A stretch of DNA of 64,000 nt from Laetmonice hystrix (taxonomy: Eukaryota): NCBI GenBank assembly GCA_965235115.1, contig OZ249441.1, forward strand, positions 4,774,001 to 4,838,000, in the 5' to 3' direction. Positions 37,061-48,900 of the stretch are shown here, one piece after another; the first letter of the stretch is position 1; each line of letters starts with the position of its first letter. The translations under genes and the position numbers were made by a program. Below the pieces are notes generated by a model. It saw nothing but the letters and a program-made list of their open reading frames with translations, made no database searches and was not told the origin of the DNA.

Positions 37061-39396
37061 AATCTTCCCCGAACAGATAGGTCTATGCATCAAAATGGTT
37101 TCTTTTTACAAGGGATTGGGTGTAAGCAATTCGCCATCAGCCCTCTCAAACTATGTATGTACATATAGGAAATTCGCTGCTTCAGTCCTATCATGGCAAG
37201 TAAAGGTGGACTCGGAATGGAAGACACTTGGGCCGACGACTCCATGACGACCGCCCATCTCTCCCCCCATCGCGGGGGTCAGAGGTCCTGACCTCTCAGT
37301 GACCCCTCCGTCCAGGGACTTGACCTGGTTGACGCTGATTGGCTACTGAGATTTGGATCGGTAACACAGAACATTGGGGACCATGATTAACGAATTATGG
37401 TAACCCCCACCAATTGTGTTCGAAACCCGCCAGTCCATTTGTTAAAAAAGAGCATTTCAACATAGGTTGAAATAGATATTGGGTCCATATACTGAGTTCA
37501 ACTGCCCGACTTAAATATATTTCATAGTTAAAATTTTTCCTCCCTACCAACCCCATTAACTTGTGTTACCGGAATACTAATATTTTGGCCTTTTATCATC
37601 TAATCGTCCTGCTGTTGAGACTTTTTTTGAGCGAAAAAAACCCAACAAAACGGAACTATACAATCACAAAAAGTATACAACCCAACTTTCAAATCAAAGC
37701 TGATATAATACAAGTTTGAGATACTGCAAGTAATACCGGCATATAAAGTGGAAGGGGATTCAATCCAAAACCAAGGAAATCCTGGTAACTGTAAAAAAAT
37801 CCTACAACAATACATAAATAGTCATTCGGTTCAATTGTGACCATTATATGCTAAACAAATTACCATTACTATAAAGTGCATTATATACATCAAAATGTGC
37901 TGTAGTATGTACGGATTTTACAGGTACAGGTATATATATTTATAATATTATGCGTGCTTGACCATTTCAATTTGACTTTGGCGCCTGACAAACTGTGCAT
38001 CACCACCAGTACTTCGACTCGAACAGCTCAAGCACTGCCACCCCCGTTTCAGGCTGTCAAGGCAGAGAAAGGATCAAACACCTATGAGGATAATGAGGAC
38101 TAATTAGGTACATCAATATTACATTATACCTGTATAAGTTGAGGTTACATGACACAGACCTGGTACGTACCATTCAGACATCTAAGGACTCACCAAATGG
38201 AATGGTCCATGTTTAGTTCATCTGCCTAATGTGGGACGCGCATTTCGCAACATTGTCCCCAATTTATTTATAGGTGTTTTGTTTACCTCACTTGTTTTCT
38301 AACACAAGCAACTGATATAATGAATTGTCTTTTCTAACTAATAAAATTACGGGGTCTCAGATGGCGAGAAAATACTGTAAATAATATCATAGACCAGTAT
38401 AGTTGAATACGTGGCCTTTGCCCTTGGGACCGACAGGGGATATCAACCGATATCTCTGCGCCTCCAACCCCCGACACGGCCGGCACATGTACATCACAAA
38501 GTGCTCCTTCAGACCCACCAAAAACATCACAATAACTTTCCCTCTGCAAACTCATTACAAATTCAGCATACTCAGAACAAATACGTGGCTTTTGTCCTTG
38601 GGACAAACAGGGGATATTAACCGATATCTAGTTAGTTGCTTAGACGCAAGTTTCTTTTTCTTTTTCCAGCTGTGCTTGCATTGGATATTTCTGATGTGCC
38701 AATATGGCAACAAAACCTCGGCAACAGATGCAAAATTCAGGCTAGACACATTGAGAAATATTTAGATAGATTGAAACAATAAATTACAGCATAGTCACTG
38801 AGTAACTGTGTATATACAAACTTCGTGGCGACATTCCTAGCAGTGCCACTTTCTGTGACAACTATAGGTGGTCAGTCAGCAGCGTAGACTTTTGGTGTCA
38901 CTAAAACCTTAAGTACCAAAACTGAGGTCAGGTGTGGCGATTTATCAACTTTGTCCAACTTGTGCTGCTTAAACACTACGAGAAAATAATCCAGACTGGA
39001 GATCAGTATAGCTGACATGAAACTCGTACAATCCACGCCACATTCCGTGCAGACAATGGTCAGCACGGTAAGTAAATCATCTTCTTATAATCACTTTTCA
39101 CAATTTAAGTAATTTCTAAGTGCAACATAATATTGGGTACAAATTGTCTTGTTGTCATGGACTTACAGCGTCAAAGCCGTATTTAAGTACGTGACCCTGG
39201 TTTCTTGCATAAGTCTCTCCATTACAAAGATCCTGGCTGACACAGCAGTACTTGCTGAGGGAACCAGTCAAACCGTCACACGGCCAAACCGTCACCTGTG
39301 ACGGTTTGACCGTTTCGTTTTGAGCAGATGTGACGGTTTGACTTTGCTTCCTGGGTCCAGAGCCCGGACAAGACCCGGCCCCCGGGGCCAGTCAAA

Positions 39397-42300
39397 GGGG
39401 TATACATGGGTAAAATTCGACACGATCGACACGCCGACACGGCCGTAAAATGAAGGGCGACATTGCGACATCCTCTTCTTAACGTGCGACGGACACACCT
39501 CCCAAATGGCTGATAAAATTCGACGTGAGACATCCAGAATTGCAATAAAAATAGACATGCATGCGACACATTGATTTACTTAACAGGTGACACACGACAT
39601 CGACAATAATATTATTAAATTAGCGACGTGCGACGTAGGCCTATCGTAAAAGTGATCTAGGTCAGTCTCTTGTGTTAACTAAAGCCACGTGTCACAGCAT
39701 TTTGCCCCCTGCTGCTGCCCTCTACCGCTGCACCATTCGGGACTCCCTCGGGCATATGACGTCACTTCCTGCTATTCGAATATACCCTCGGGTGGAATAG
39801 CGGCCATGTTTGGCAACCAGATACACCGCCAAATGGAGGTGTGTAGCGAGGCACTGAGTGAACCGTCATATCCCATCGAGCCAGGAAGTAGTGCATTATT
39901 GACGCCCGCTCCTTCGGCGTTGTATGTGCAAATATAAATTTCTGGTATGAAGGGGAACGTTTGAAGAAGAAAAATGAATCACCCAATTTACCTAAATGGG
40001 CGTCAATACAGTAATTTATTAAATTCTGGGAAGCAATATGGCCGCGCCCATATACGACACGCGTACGACACTGGCCCGACACATGGTAGGACTACTTGTA
40101 ATCATGTTGTAATTTAAGTTGTATCATGACATGATACTATTGTAATATTGCCCACTGACTTCGGGGAAAGCATTGTAGGCCTATTTTAGTTGCTTCCATG
40201 CCTGATGCAGACAAAATACTGCAAGCGCTGCCATGCTGTCGAGAGTCCCGGCTAAATGTACCCGAGATGCAATGCTCAAAATGGCACCTGTTTCACCCGA
40301 GGCTACTTTCGAAGATATGGCCGAGGATTCCCGAATGCCGCTGCACCAGACCAAAACCAGACGCGGCGATAGACAAACTGCCACCAGAGAACGCAGGTCT
40401 CCAGCATTAACTCTATGAGCATTAGCCAACCGCAGCGCCATCTCTCGTCAGAGTGGCCCCCTTTTCAACGTCACAGATGTAGGCCTAAATGACGACGGCA
40501 AGTACCTACGGCAAGAGGAAAGTCTTGCTCTTGGTAGGTCCAGGCCCGTAGGCTGGGGGCATGGCCGTATTTAGGGGGGGGGGCTGAGGGGGCTGCAGCC
40601 CCCCCAACCAAAATCAAGTCAATTTTTTGTTCCTCTTGTATCAGTGAATGTTTGTATGACGAGGAGAATCCAAAATATACGCTGGTACATAACAGTCCAG
40701 CTTTAACCCAGCAGGTCTAGGCCTAAAAGTGTAAGCTAATCATGGGAAGCACCATGCCTCTCTTGAAATGCCTAATAGGGGGGCCCGGGGGGGCCTAAAC
40801 CCCGCTAGGTGAGTTCACCAGGCATTGACAAATCAGTCATTTTCTGTCCCAGGTGCCGGGAAATCGCATCTCCGGGCTTCCTAATTTCAAAATTTTCTGG
40901 GGGAGTACCCCCCGACCCCCCTCCTTTTCGTTTACTCGCGCCTGCGGCGCTCGATGATGCGCGCCTACGGCGCTTGTCAGCCCCCCCTGAAACAATCCTG
41001 GCTACGGCCCTGGGGGGGGGGGGGTTACTTGGGTTACTGGTAACCTACCCGCAGAGCCAGCCAAGGTCCGCCTAGTCAAGATAAAAAGGTCTGCCCAGGG
41101 GCGTGGGACCGATTTTTCATTTGGGGGAGGGGGCACAAATATGCCCTGCCAATTGAAAATACCCCAGATGTATGGTTGTTAGGGCTCCAATTTTTCATTT
41201 TTTTCTGGGGGAACATGTCCCGGACCCCAGATGCAGACCCCCCTAGCACGCCCATATTCAACATCACCTGACCAGGGGCAGAACTGCACTGCCACTGGTA
41301 TCTCAGAAGGGGCGGGGGGGGGGGGGGTACTTCCCAATCTAAAAATCTAAAGAAATTCCTTGTAGGCCTATACTGTGCCTCAGTAATTGCTCTCAGATTT
41401 CTGAAACATGGCCAAAATGCCCCATTTCACTCCTAGTTTAAAAAAATTCCTGCCGGGGGGGGGGGGGGGAGCATGCCCCCGGACCACCCTACACACAGTT
41501 CGTGCCTACAGTGGCTTTGCTGCTGCATTTCACATTCTTAAACGTTGGAACCACTGGTATTGGAAACCAGTTTCAATATCAGTGCATGGTCAAGAAACAG
41601 CTCTGGATCCACCCCATGCAAATTTATGGAACTCATTTCACTATAAGCAGTGCACCCCTTTTCTCTCCCCCTCAAGTGCCCTTTTTTATTTTTACGAAAG
41701 ATATTTAAAATCTAAATGTCCAATTGTCTAGGCCTATTATAGCCCTAAAGACTATATCGCGTATTTGGCACAGTAATTTATATTTTTTTCTGGGGGAGGG
41801 CCCCCAGCCCCCCTTCATGGCTTCGCGCCTTCGGCGCTCGCACCCATGGGGGGCATCCCCTTTACCAAATTCCTGGATTCGCCCCTGACTGCCCCCACAC
41901 TCTAACTACGGCCCTGTTGATATGTGCATAGGTCTATAGGCCTATGCCACTTTTATTTGACTGTTTAGGCTATACTCACTGGGGGGGGGGGAGGGGGAGA
42001 AAGTGCCCTTTTTCCATAGCACCCCCCCCCCCCCCCCCCCACGTTTTGAAAATCCTGGATCCGCCCCTGATAAGTAACCCACCCATTTTCAGACCAGCCT
42101 ACGGGCCTGAGGTCTCTGCATTTATCTCGGCCTAATTTTAAATTTATCTTTGATCACACCCTCCTGCAGACAAACTACGGCTCACTGTTTGCAGATAATT
42201 ATGTTTGTAGAGGTCTACATGTTATTCACTCTTGTTCAACTTCAGGCTTAAAGATCGACGATGTGCTTCTTTTACGTTAAACGTTAGTCGAATCGCCATG

Positions 42301-43121
42301 AACGAAGATGGCTAGGCCAGCAGATGTCTCAAAGTCTGTCAAAGTCCGATAAGAATCAGGCGTGTTCTTTGATTAGATGTCAGTCGGAAAAATAGGATTT
42401 GAAACAAATTATGGCGACTGTACAGTTAGATCTACTACTAGCCTACAGTACAGTCGCCATACTGCCATTATGATTTACTATTATAATTTAGATCTAGCCT
42501 AGGCCTACTGGCCAGTGGCAGTGTCGTTGCCGTGGGCGTTAGTGAGAGATAGTGGTCAGTGGCAACCTCTCTGTTACGTTCTAAACATGCCAATATCCAT
42601 CTAGGCTATCAGTGGCGTAGGAATTAGGCTAAGGTATTTTCAGTTTGGAGGACCATTCACGTCATGAACCCATTGACACAGATGAAGCTGAGCCTGTCCC
42701 ACTACCTGCTCTGTCCACTACAAGAATGGGCCGAGTAGTCAAACTTCCGTCACGTTTTAGAGACTAGGGGACATGAACTAATGGTACTAGGACCACATCT
42801 AGGACCACTCCTATGTAGGAGACTGCCAAACTATCTCCATATCTTGCGTAATACTATGCACTGCTAATATTCTATTATTTTTATCTCTTTGTTTAAGTGT
42901 TATACGTAGCCGGTAGGCCTATAATTATGTTAAAACTTGACATTGGACATAAGACTATTAAGAGCACTGCTTAAAAAGTGACACACGACACGGTTGAATC
43001 ATTTTAAAAAGTGACATGCGACACGGTTGAATCATTTTAAAAAGTGACATGCGACACGGAAAAATTTCTTATCATGTGACACTGGGACACAGGCATAAAA
43101 AATAGGACCCATATATACCCC
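39397..43121. mobile_element. Inner 3.7-kb non-autonomous TIR element
   Basis: TIR GGGGTATACATGGGT / rc GGGGTATATATGGGT; flanks CAGTCAAA (39389-39396) and TAGTCAAA (43122-43129), an 8-bp TSD with 1 mismatch; many subterminal CGACAC motifs; no transposase ORF seen. Confidence 0.7.
40541..42109. mobile_element. Third-level MITE cluster bounded by an exact 15-bp TIR with 5-bp TSD; contains further CAGGG...CCCTG-type ends
   Basis: CAGGCCCGTAGGCTG at 40541-40555 and its reverse complement at 42095-42109; AGGTC on both flanks. Further related ends near 40560, 41012, 41096, 41273, 41887, 41916 and 42069. Confidence 0.7.
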
Positions 43122-43668
43122 TAGTCAAACCGTCACACAGGCAGGGCAGCAACCGAGGGCTGCCATACCCCCTACCCGGCCGGGCTGCTGCGTCGGCTGA
43201 GGCGGGGCCGGGGGGCGGCAGCGAGCGAGCGGCCGGCCGGCGGTCCCGCGGCAGCTTGAGCGGGTAAGCGAGCGGGCGAGTGACCGGCCACCGCTCCCTC
43301 CCTCACCCCGGGCAGGCTCGGCGACCGTCCGAGGGGCTTATATGACGGGCTCATTTCGCGGCGGGCTCAACTTCAAGTGACGTGATACCGGGGGGCGATG
43401 GTAGACAGTTCATAATATTCGCGGCTAAAACGGCCAATGTAGCCAGGATAACTAATCTTGTGGTAGGTAGGCGTATAGCGCTATAGCCGGGCCCACTCTA
43501 TGATAGAGTATATATAGCGAGGGTGAGGGTGAGACTTCGAGGCCACAGGCACAGGTGATGATGTGACGGTCTGACCACCGGGGACTCGCCCGCCTGTGAC
43601 GATCTGACTGTGACGGTTTGACTTTCACCGTGTGACGGTTCGGCCGTGTGACGATTTGACTGGTATTC

Positions 43669-44381
43669 CTTGCTGACCCCATGAATCGTGAGAAATCTCT
43701 GCCACAGTCCCACCCCTCTCCCTCCCTACACTGGCTGACACAGCAGTACTTGCTGACCCCCTGAATCATGCGAAATCTCTGCGACAGTCCCACCCCTCTC
43801 CCTGCCTACACACATTGCTCTCTGTTACAAAGATCCTGGCTGACACAGCAGTACTTGCTGACCCCCTGAATCGTGAGAAATCTCTGCGACAGTCCCACCC
43901 CTCTCCCTCGCTACACACATTGCTCTCTGTTACAAAGATCCTGGCTGACACAGCAGTACTTGCTGACCCCCTGAATCATGCGAAATCTCTGCGACAGTCC
44001 CACTCCTCTCCCTCCCTACACACATTGCTCTCTGTTACAAAGATCCTGGCTGACACAGCAGTACTTGCTGACCCCCTGAATCATGCGAAATCTCTGCGAC
44101 AGTCCCACCCCTCTCCCTCCCTACACACATTGCTCTCTGTTACAAAGATCCTGGCTGACACAGCAGTACTTGCTGACCCCCTGAATCGTGAGAAATCTCT
44201 GCGACAGTCCCACCCCTCTCCCTCGCTACACACATTGCTCTCTGTTACAAAGATCCTGGCTGACACAGCAGTACTTGCTGACCCCCTGAATCATGCGAAA
44301 TCTCTGCGACAGTCCCACCCCTCTCCCTGCCTACACACATTGCTCTCTGTTACAAAGATCCTAGCTGACACAGCAGTACTT
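43669..44381. repeat. 105-bp tandem repeat, about 6.5 copies; the remainder of its first unit lies at about 39215-39258
   Basis: 35-codon periodicity in track ORF 43815-44483; unit ...ttacaaagatcctggctgacacagcagtacttgctga also occurs immediately left of the 39259 insertion. Confidence 0.92.
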
Positions 44382-45989
44382 TCACATTCCATAGTGACCT
44401 GCCAAGAAATAACTTTTTCATCAACATCAGGCACTGCCGATATCATCATCCACACTCGATCATCTTGGACATACCATGTTTAATATGTCAGGGGTTGGCA
44501 TCAAAAATGTGGCAATTCAGAAAGTAAGCCTACATGAGAGATTATTTTTCAAAAAGTTCAAGGCATATGAGAAATATACAGTACCGGTACATCGTCATGT
44601 TTGAAAACATTCAACACTTCTGACAAAATTACAAGAATTTCATATTTTTGTCAAGTTTGGGGCTACTGTCAGAAATTGCAATTATGCCAAGGTACTCATT
44701 TTTCATGGCTATGAGTCAAAATGTTAGATGTATTTCTGGGTTGCTAGGTGGACATACATCATGTTGTCTCTTTAAGATACTTTGTATATACATGTGTATC
44801 CAGATATAGGTGAATGGCTTCTGTCTGACACCTTCTCTCTTCTACTTCAGGGTTCTACTCCTATTCAAGTTTACATCGTCACCTCCGGTTTTCCCCCTTG
44901 GGCAATCAATGGATCATAATACATGTAATTCAAATTTTGTTTCAAGACAAAGGCACCTCACATGAAGAAACGGTCATACTGGTTTACATCACATCATAGG
45001 ATTTTCATCACAAACGTTTTAGGAAAAGAGAAGACCTTTTTGTTTAAGCTACCATAAAGTATAGATACCTTAATTACATACAAATGCCATATTGTGTAGA
45101 TGCAAGCAGGCTGCCTAGCTTTGGAAAGATGTTTGGTATAAAAAACCCACATTATTTCTGACACACTTCACATCGTTTTGAAGTCTGTTACATTTCATTA
45201 TGAACGAATATTTTCTTACTTCAAACCAAAATGCCGAAAATTTATGTTGTTAGCTTCAAATCCTACATGTGGGTTTTACATGGCGATACAAGAATGGGGA
45301 TATGAAAAAAGATGATTTGTGACACCATACCCAAGTCTCCGTGAAACTGCTCTGATGCCTCCCTCCCGAACTCTTATTGTCCTAGTAGCTGGACGTGCAC
45401 CCTTTCCTGCATGCACCTACAGTTGGCACCAACACATATACCAACGGCTACTTGCCACCCTGTCTGTATAGCATCATAGGAAAACCACAATCTACCATCG
45501 CACTCTGAAGTATCCAGGTAAACCTGTTGCAATAACAGAGTGCATTCAAAGACCCTAGAAATCACATGAATCCTCTAGATTCCTTCAATTCACACAGATG
45601 TTCAGGCATCAGATAAAAAAAAGTACAAGTGAAGGCAGCAATAGCTGTTTCCATCAGAGCTTCTGCAAAACTGACTTTTTCCCGCAACTCTCAAACCTGG
45701 TTGGAGAGTAACGACAGTTGCAACTGGTAAATCCTCTGTGGTGGTCACAGGTTTTTGACATCTCTCTGACAATAGTGTTCCGAAAGCTGCTGACTGGGTG
45801 CTGCGGGGCTCAATCCTTTGATCCTGTGAATGACTGTGCCAAGAGGTCATAGGTCAAAGGCCACATGGAGAGCCTGACCGATGTGACATGACTCTGATGG
45901 AGTAAGGGAGTATGGAGGAAGGCAGCGAGCAGGGAGATGGCTACTCTCCCAAAGCTGAGAATCCATCCCCATCACTAGCACACACTGTG

Positions 45990-48900
45990 TTAGGATAACA
46001 CCAGTTTTTTCACACGATCTATCTCGACCTGCATGTTGAGACGAGCCTTGGTTCCTTCGTCAATGTCTGTCATGAGGTCTATACTTCGTTTGTTTAGTTT
46101 GGTGACAGTCTCGCGGAGTGTTTGTACCTCCACCTGTAGAGATTCATACTGTGACAGCGGTACTGTGTTTGCTTTCAGGTAGCCGATTTCTTGCCGTAAT
46201 TCATCCAACATCTTTAACATCTCAATATTTGGCTTGGCATCTGTAGGAAAAATCACATGGGAAATAATAAAAACAAACTGGTTTTATTTCAAAATAGACA
46301 ATGTGAATTGAGGGCGTTCTTACCTACTGAACTTTTGAATTAATTTTTTTAATGCCACTCTATCGATCCCACCAGTAAACAATTTTTATACATAGGTCAA
46401 GTAGCACTTTGGAAACTTACTTTTGTGCTCCTCAGCTGTCGCTGTCGGAGCTTTAAGATCTTCCTTAGGTTGTGGCGGCGGTGGGCGAGAAACACGTACG
46501 TGTTGCTTGATCGGCACGTCATCCTGCAAATGTGAAAAAAAACACATTGAGCATAAACTTTTATAACTGAAGCATCATTAAAACACATTTAAATAGGCCC
46601 CCTTTGCTGGAATTCGACTTCCACAGATTTCTTTTAGACTTAATTCTAGAGCCTTATCGTTCAACCTGACCAGAGTGCTGGAAATGGTGAACATATGACT
46701 ACAAGATTACTTAATTCGTGCTACTGATCGACAGAACATGCAATCAATACCTGAAAGTGCGCAGTTATAGACGCAGCCAAACCAACCAGAACCAATATTA
46801 GAAAAACTTAATTACTGGTACAGTCCTGTACGCTGGTTTCTATGATGTACACAGAACTACACTCAATACCCTGCTGATGATTTTACACATAATGTGTATA
46901 CTGACACAAAGTACCTGTAATATACGGCACTTAAGTTCACTTTAATCTTAGTACACCTTGTGCCTTCCACCTCACTGACAAAATATTTAACCCTCCCCAA
47001 AAACATCATTCAACTTTTCCAGCAAGCTAGGTGCTTCCTCCACAACATTCCATGTGGTGTTTTTTAAATGAGGTGTGCATACCACAGAGGATGGTGCGTG
47101 ATTCTCCTCCGGGCATGACTGTACGTGTGGTTCACTCTTCAGTGCCCGTCTGTGTGCACGACGTGCATCACGCAGTCTCGGACTCTCAGGAAAGTCAGGA
47201 ACAGGTGGAGCTGATGCTGGAGCTGGTGGAGCGGTGTGGGTTGGTGCTTCTTTCTCTACATCTTCTATCTGCTGTTACCGTTACATGTGTGATAAACAAA
47301 ACAAATCATGTCACAAAATTCGTGAAACTACCAGCTACTCCAAAATTCAAACTGAAGATTGTCAACCCAGTCGTGCTTGGAAGTCTTTCATCATTAAATA
47401 ATCAAAGACTGAGAAAACTTCTAATAAAATTGACCTAAGCGTGCCAAACCACATCTCACATGTTCTCACGTCTCGCGAGGACTGCGTAGTAAAATCCCTG
47501 TATATATACAAACTGATCGTGCAAGCAAACGCAGCATGCCCGTATCTTCGAACCTTGTATGTTCAGATCTTGTACGTAGCAACCACAAGCAGTACAAGGG
47601 CATTGAAATACGTCCCAATATCCTTTTTTCTGTGTCATCCTATAAATCCTCACAAATATTTCTAATGTACATAATAATGACACATAAAAAAAGCAAAAGA
47701 TTGTTCGGATACCTGTGTGCGAACCAGTAAATCATTCACATACACAGTAAGCAGAGTAGAGTGAGTGTACTAGGAGATTTCGTTCCTAACCCATTTCTTA
47801 CTCAAAAAATAAAATAACTTGCATAATAATTGTGGTGCTTCTGGGGGGAAAACAAACCAATGGGAAAAATGCACCATCTTGCTAAAACTGCCACAAAACG
47901 GCGATATGCCTTTTCTCCACTGATGATCACGTGAACTAATTAATATTTTCCAGCACATCATGAAATCATGACCCAATAGATTCCTCGTCAAGCCATCTAT
48001 CTCAACCGATCTATGCATTCTTTTCACAAGATCCTGAGAGTCAATAACAGAGACACATTACTAATGAAACTGACGGGGGTTCGGGGAAGCTACCTCCCCC
48101 CGGTATAAAGGCCTCACTAAAGTTAGGTAATGTTAATTCTTACAATCGTCCGCACGACAGGCAGGTGAATATATTATGTGGTACCTATCAACACTAAACT
48201 GTGAGAACTCCAGGTGTTAAACTGGATCATTATAATCTATAATCTCTAAATATCACTCCTAAATAAATGCTTGTTACTCCTAACGCTATTCTAAATACGA
48301 AAAAGAGATCGAAAAACATGATGCAGAATTCCAATGCAAGAGTACGTTCCTGTTTTTAATTAATTTTTTCTCCATAATGCCTCAAATGAAACCAAACAAA
48401 TTGCCACTGGTTCTTCTATATACCACACATCATATTTATATTATTTTAAAATTAAAAAAAAAAATTACTATGGACTGAATACTTGACCATTTCAAAAAAC
48501 TTAGGAAATCAGTGATATTTCATTAAAATACACACACAACTTATGTTAAACTTATCATCTAGACCAGATGTTTTAGAGTACAGGTCCATAATCCGCTAAC
48601 AACTTTACACACAACCATTTTTGATGGCTTAATGTTAAACCACACACAGACTTACTTGTATAAATAGCTGCGAATGAAGCTATAAATATCACAGGCCATT
48701 CAGGTGCCACAAAATCCTACTACATTATCTTGTGGGGCAAGTAATTATGAACTTAATAAAGATTCTTAAACGTATGGGGTAAGTGGAACTGGTTGTCAAG
48801 AGACGGGACCACACACAGCTCTCTCTATAACACATGTCAATTTGCACGCCAACTATTCTCACAAGATACTACTTTTGTCATAACAACCAAGACTGGATGA

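Larger units (their letters stand above)
39259..43668. mobile_element. Outer non-autonomous TIR element (about 0.68 kb of its own sequence) with 8-bp TSD, carrying nested insertions
   Basis: TSD CTTGCTGA at 39251-39258 and 43669-43676. Imperfect TIR GGGAACCAGTCAAACCGTCACACGGCCAAACCGTCAC vs rc GAATACCAGTCAAATCGTCACACGGCCGAACCGTCAC. Repeated subterminal AAACCGTCAC motifs. Confidence 0.8.

Noticed and set aside
39762-40441. Transposase remnant in the inner element
   Set aside because: Short ORFs show no DDE, BED-finger or hAT dimerisation motifs that I can recognise.
43815-44483. 222-aa repeat protein
   Set aside because: Translation of the 105-bp tandem repeat, whose first unit is broken by a transposon; no splice or domain support.
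44400-44760. Degraded LINE RT fragment
   Set aside because: Only vague motif hints amid many stops; cannot be supported without a profile search.
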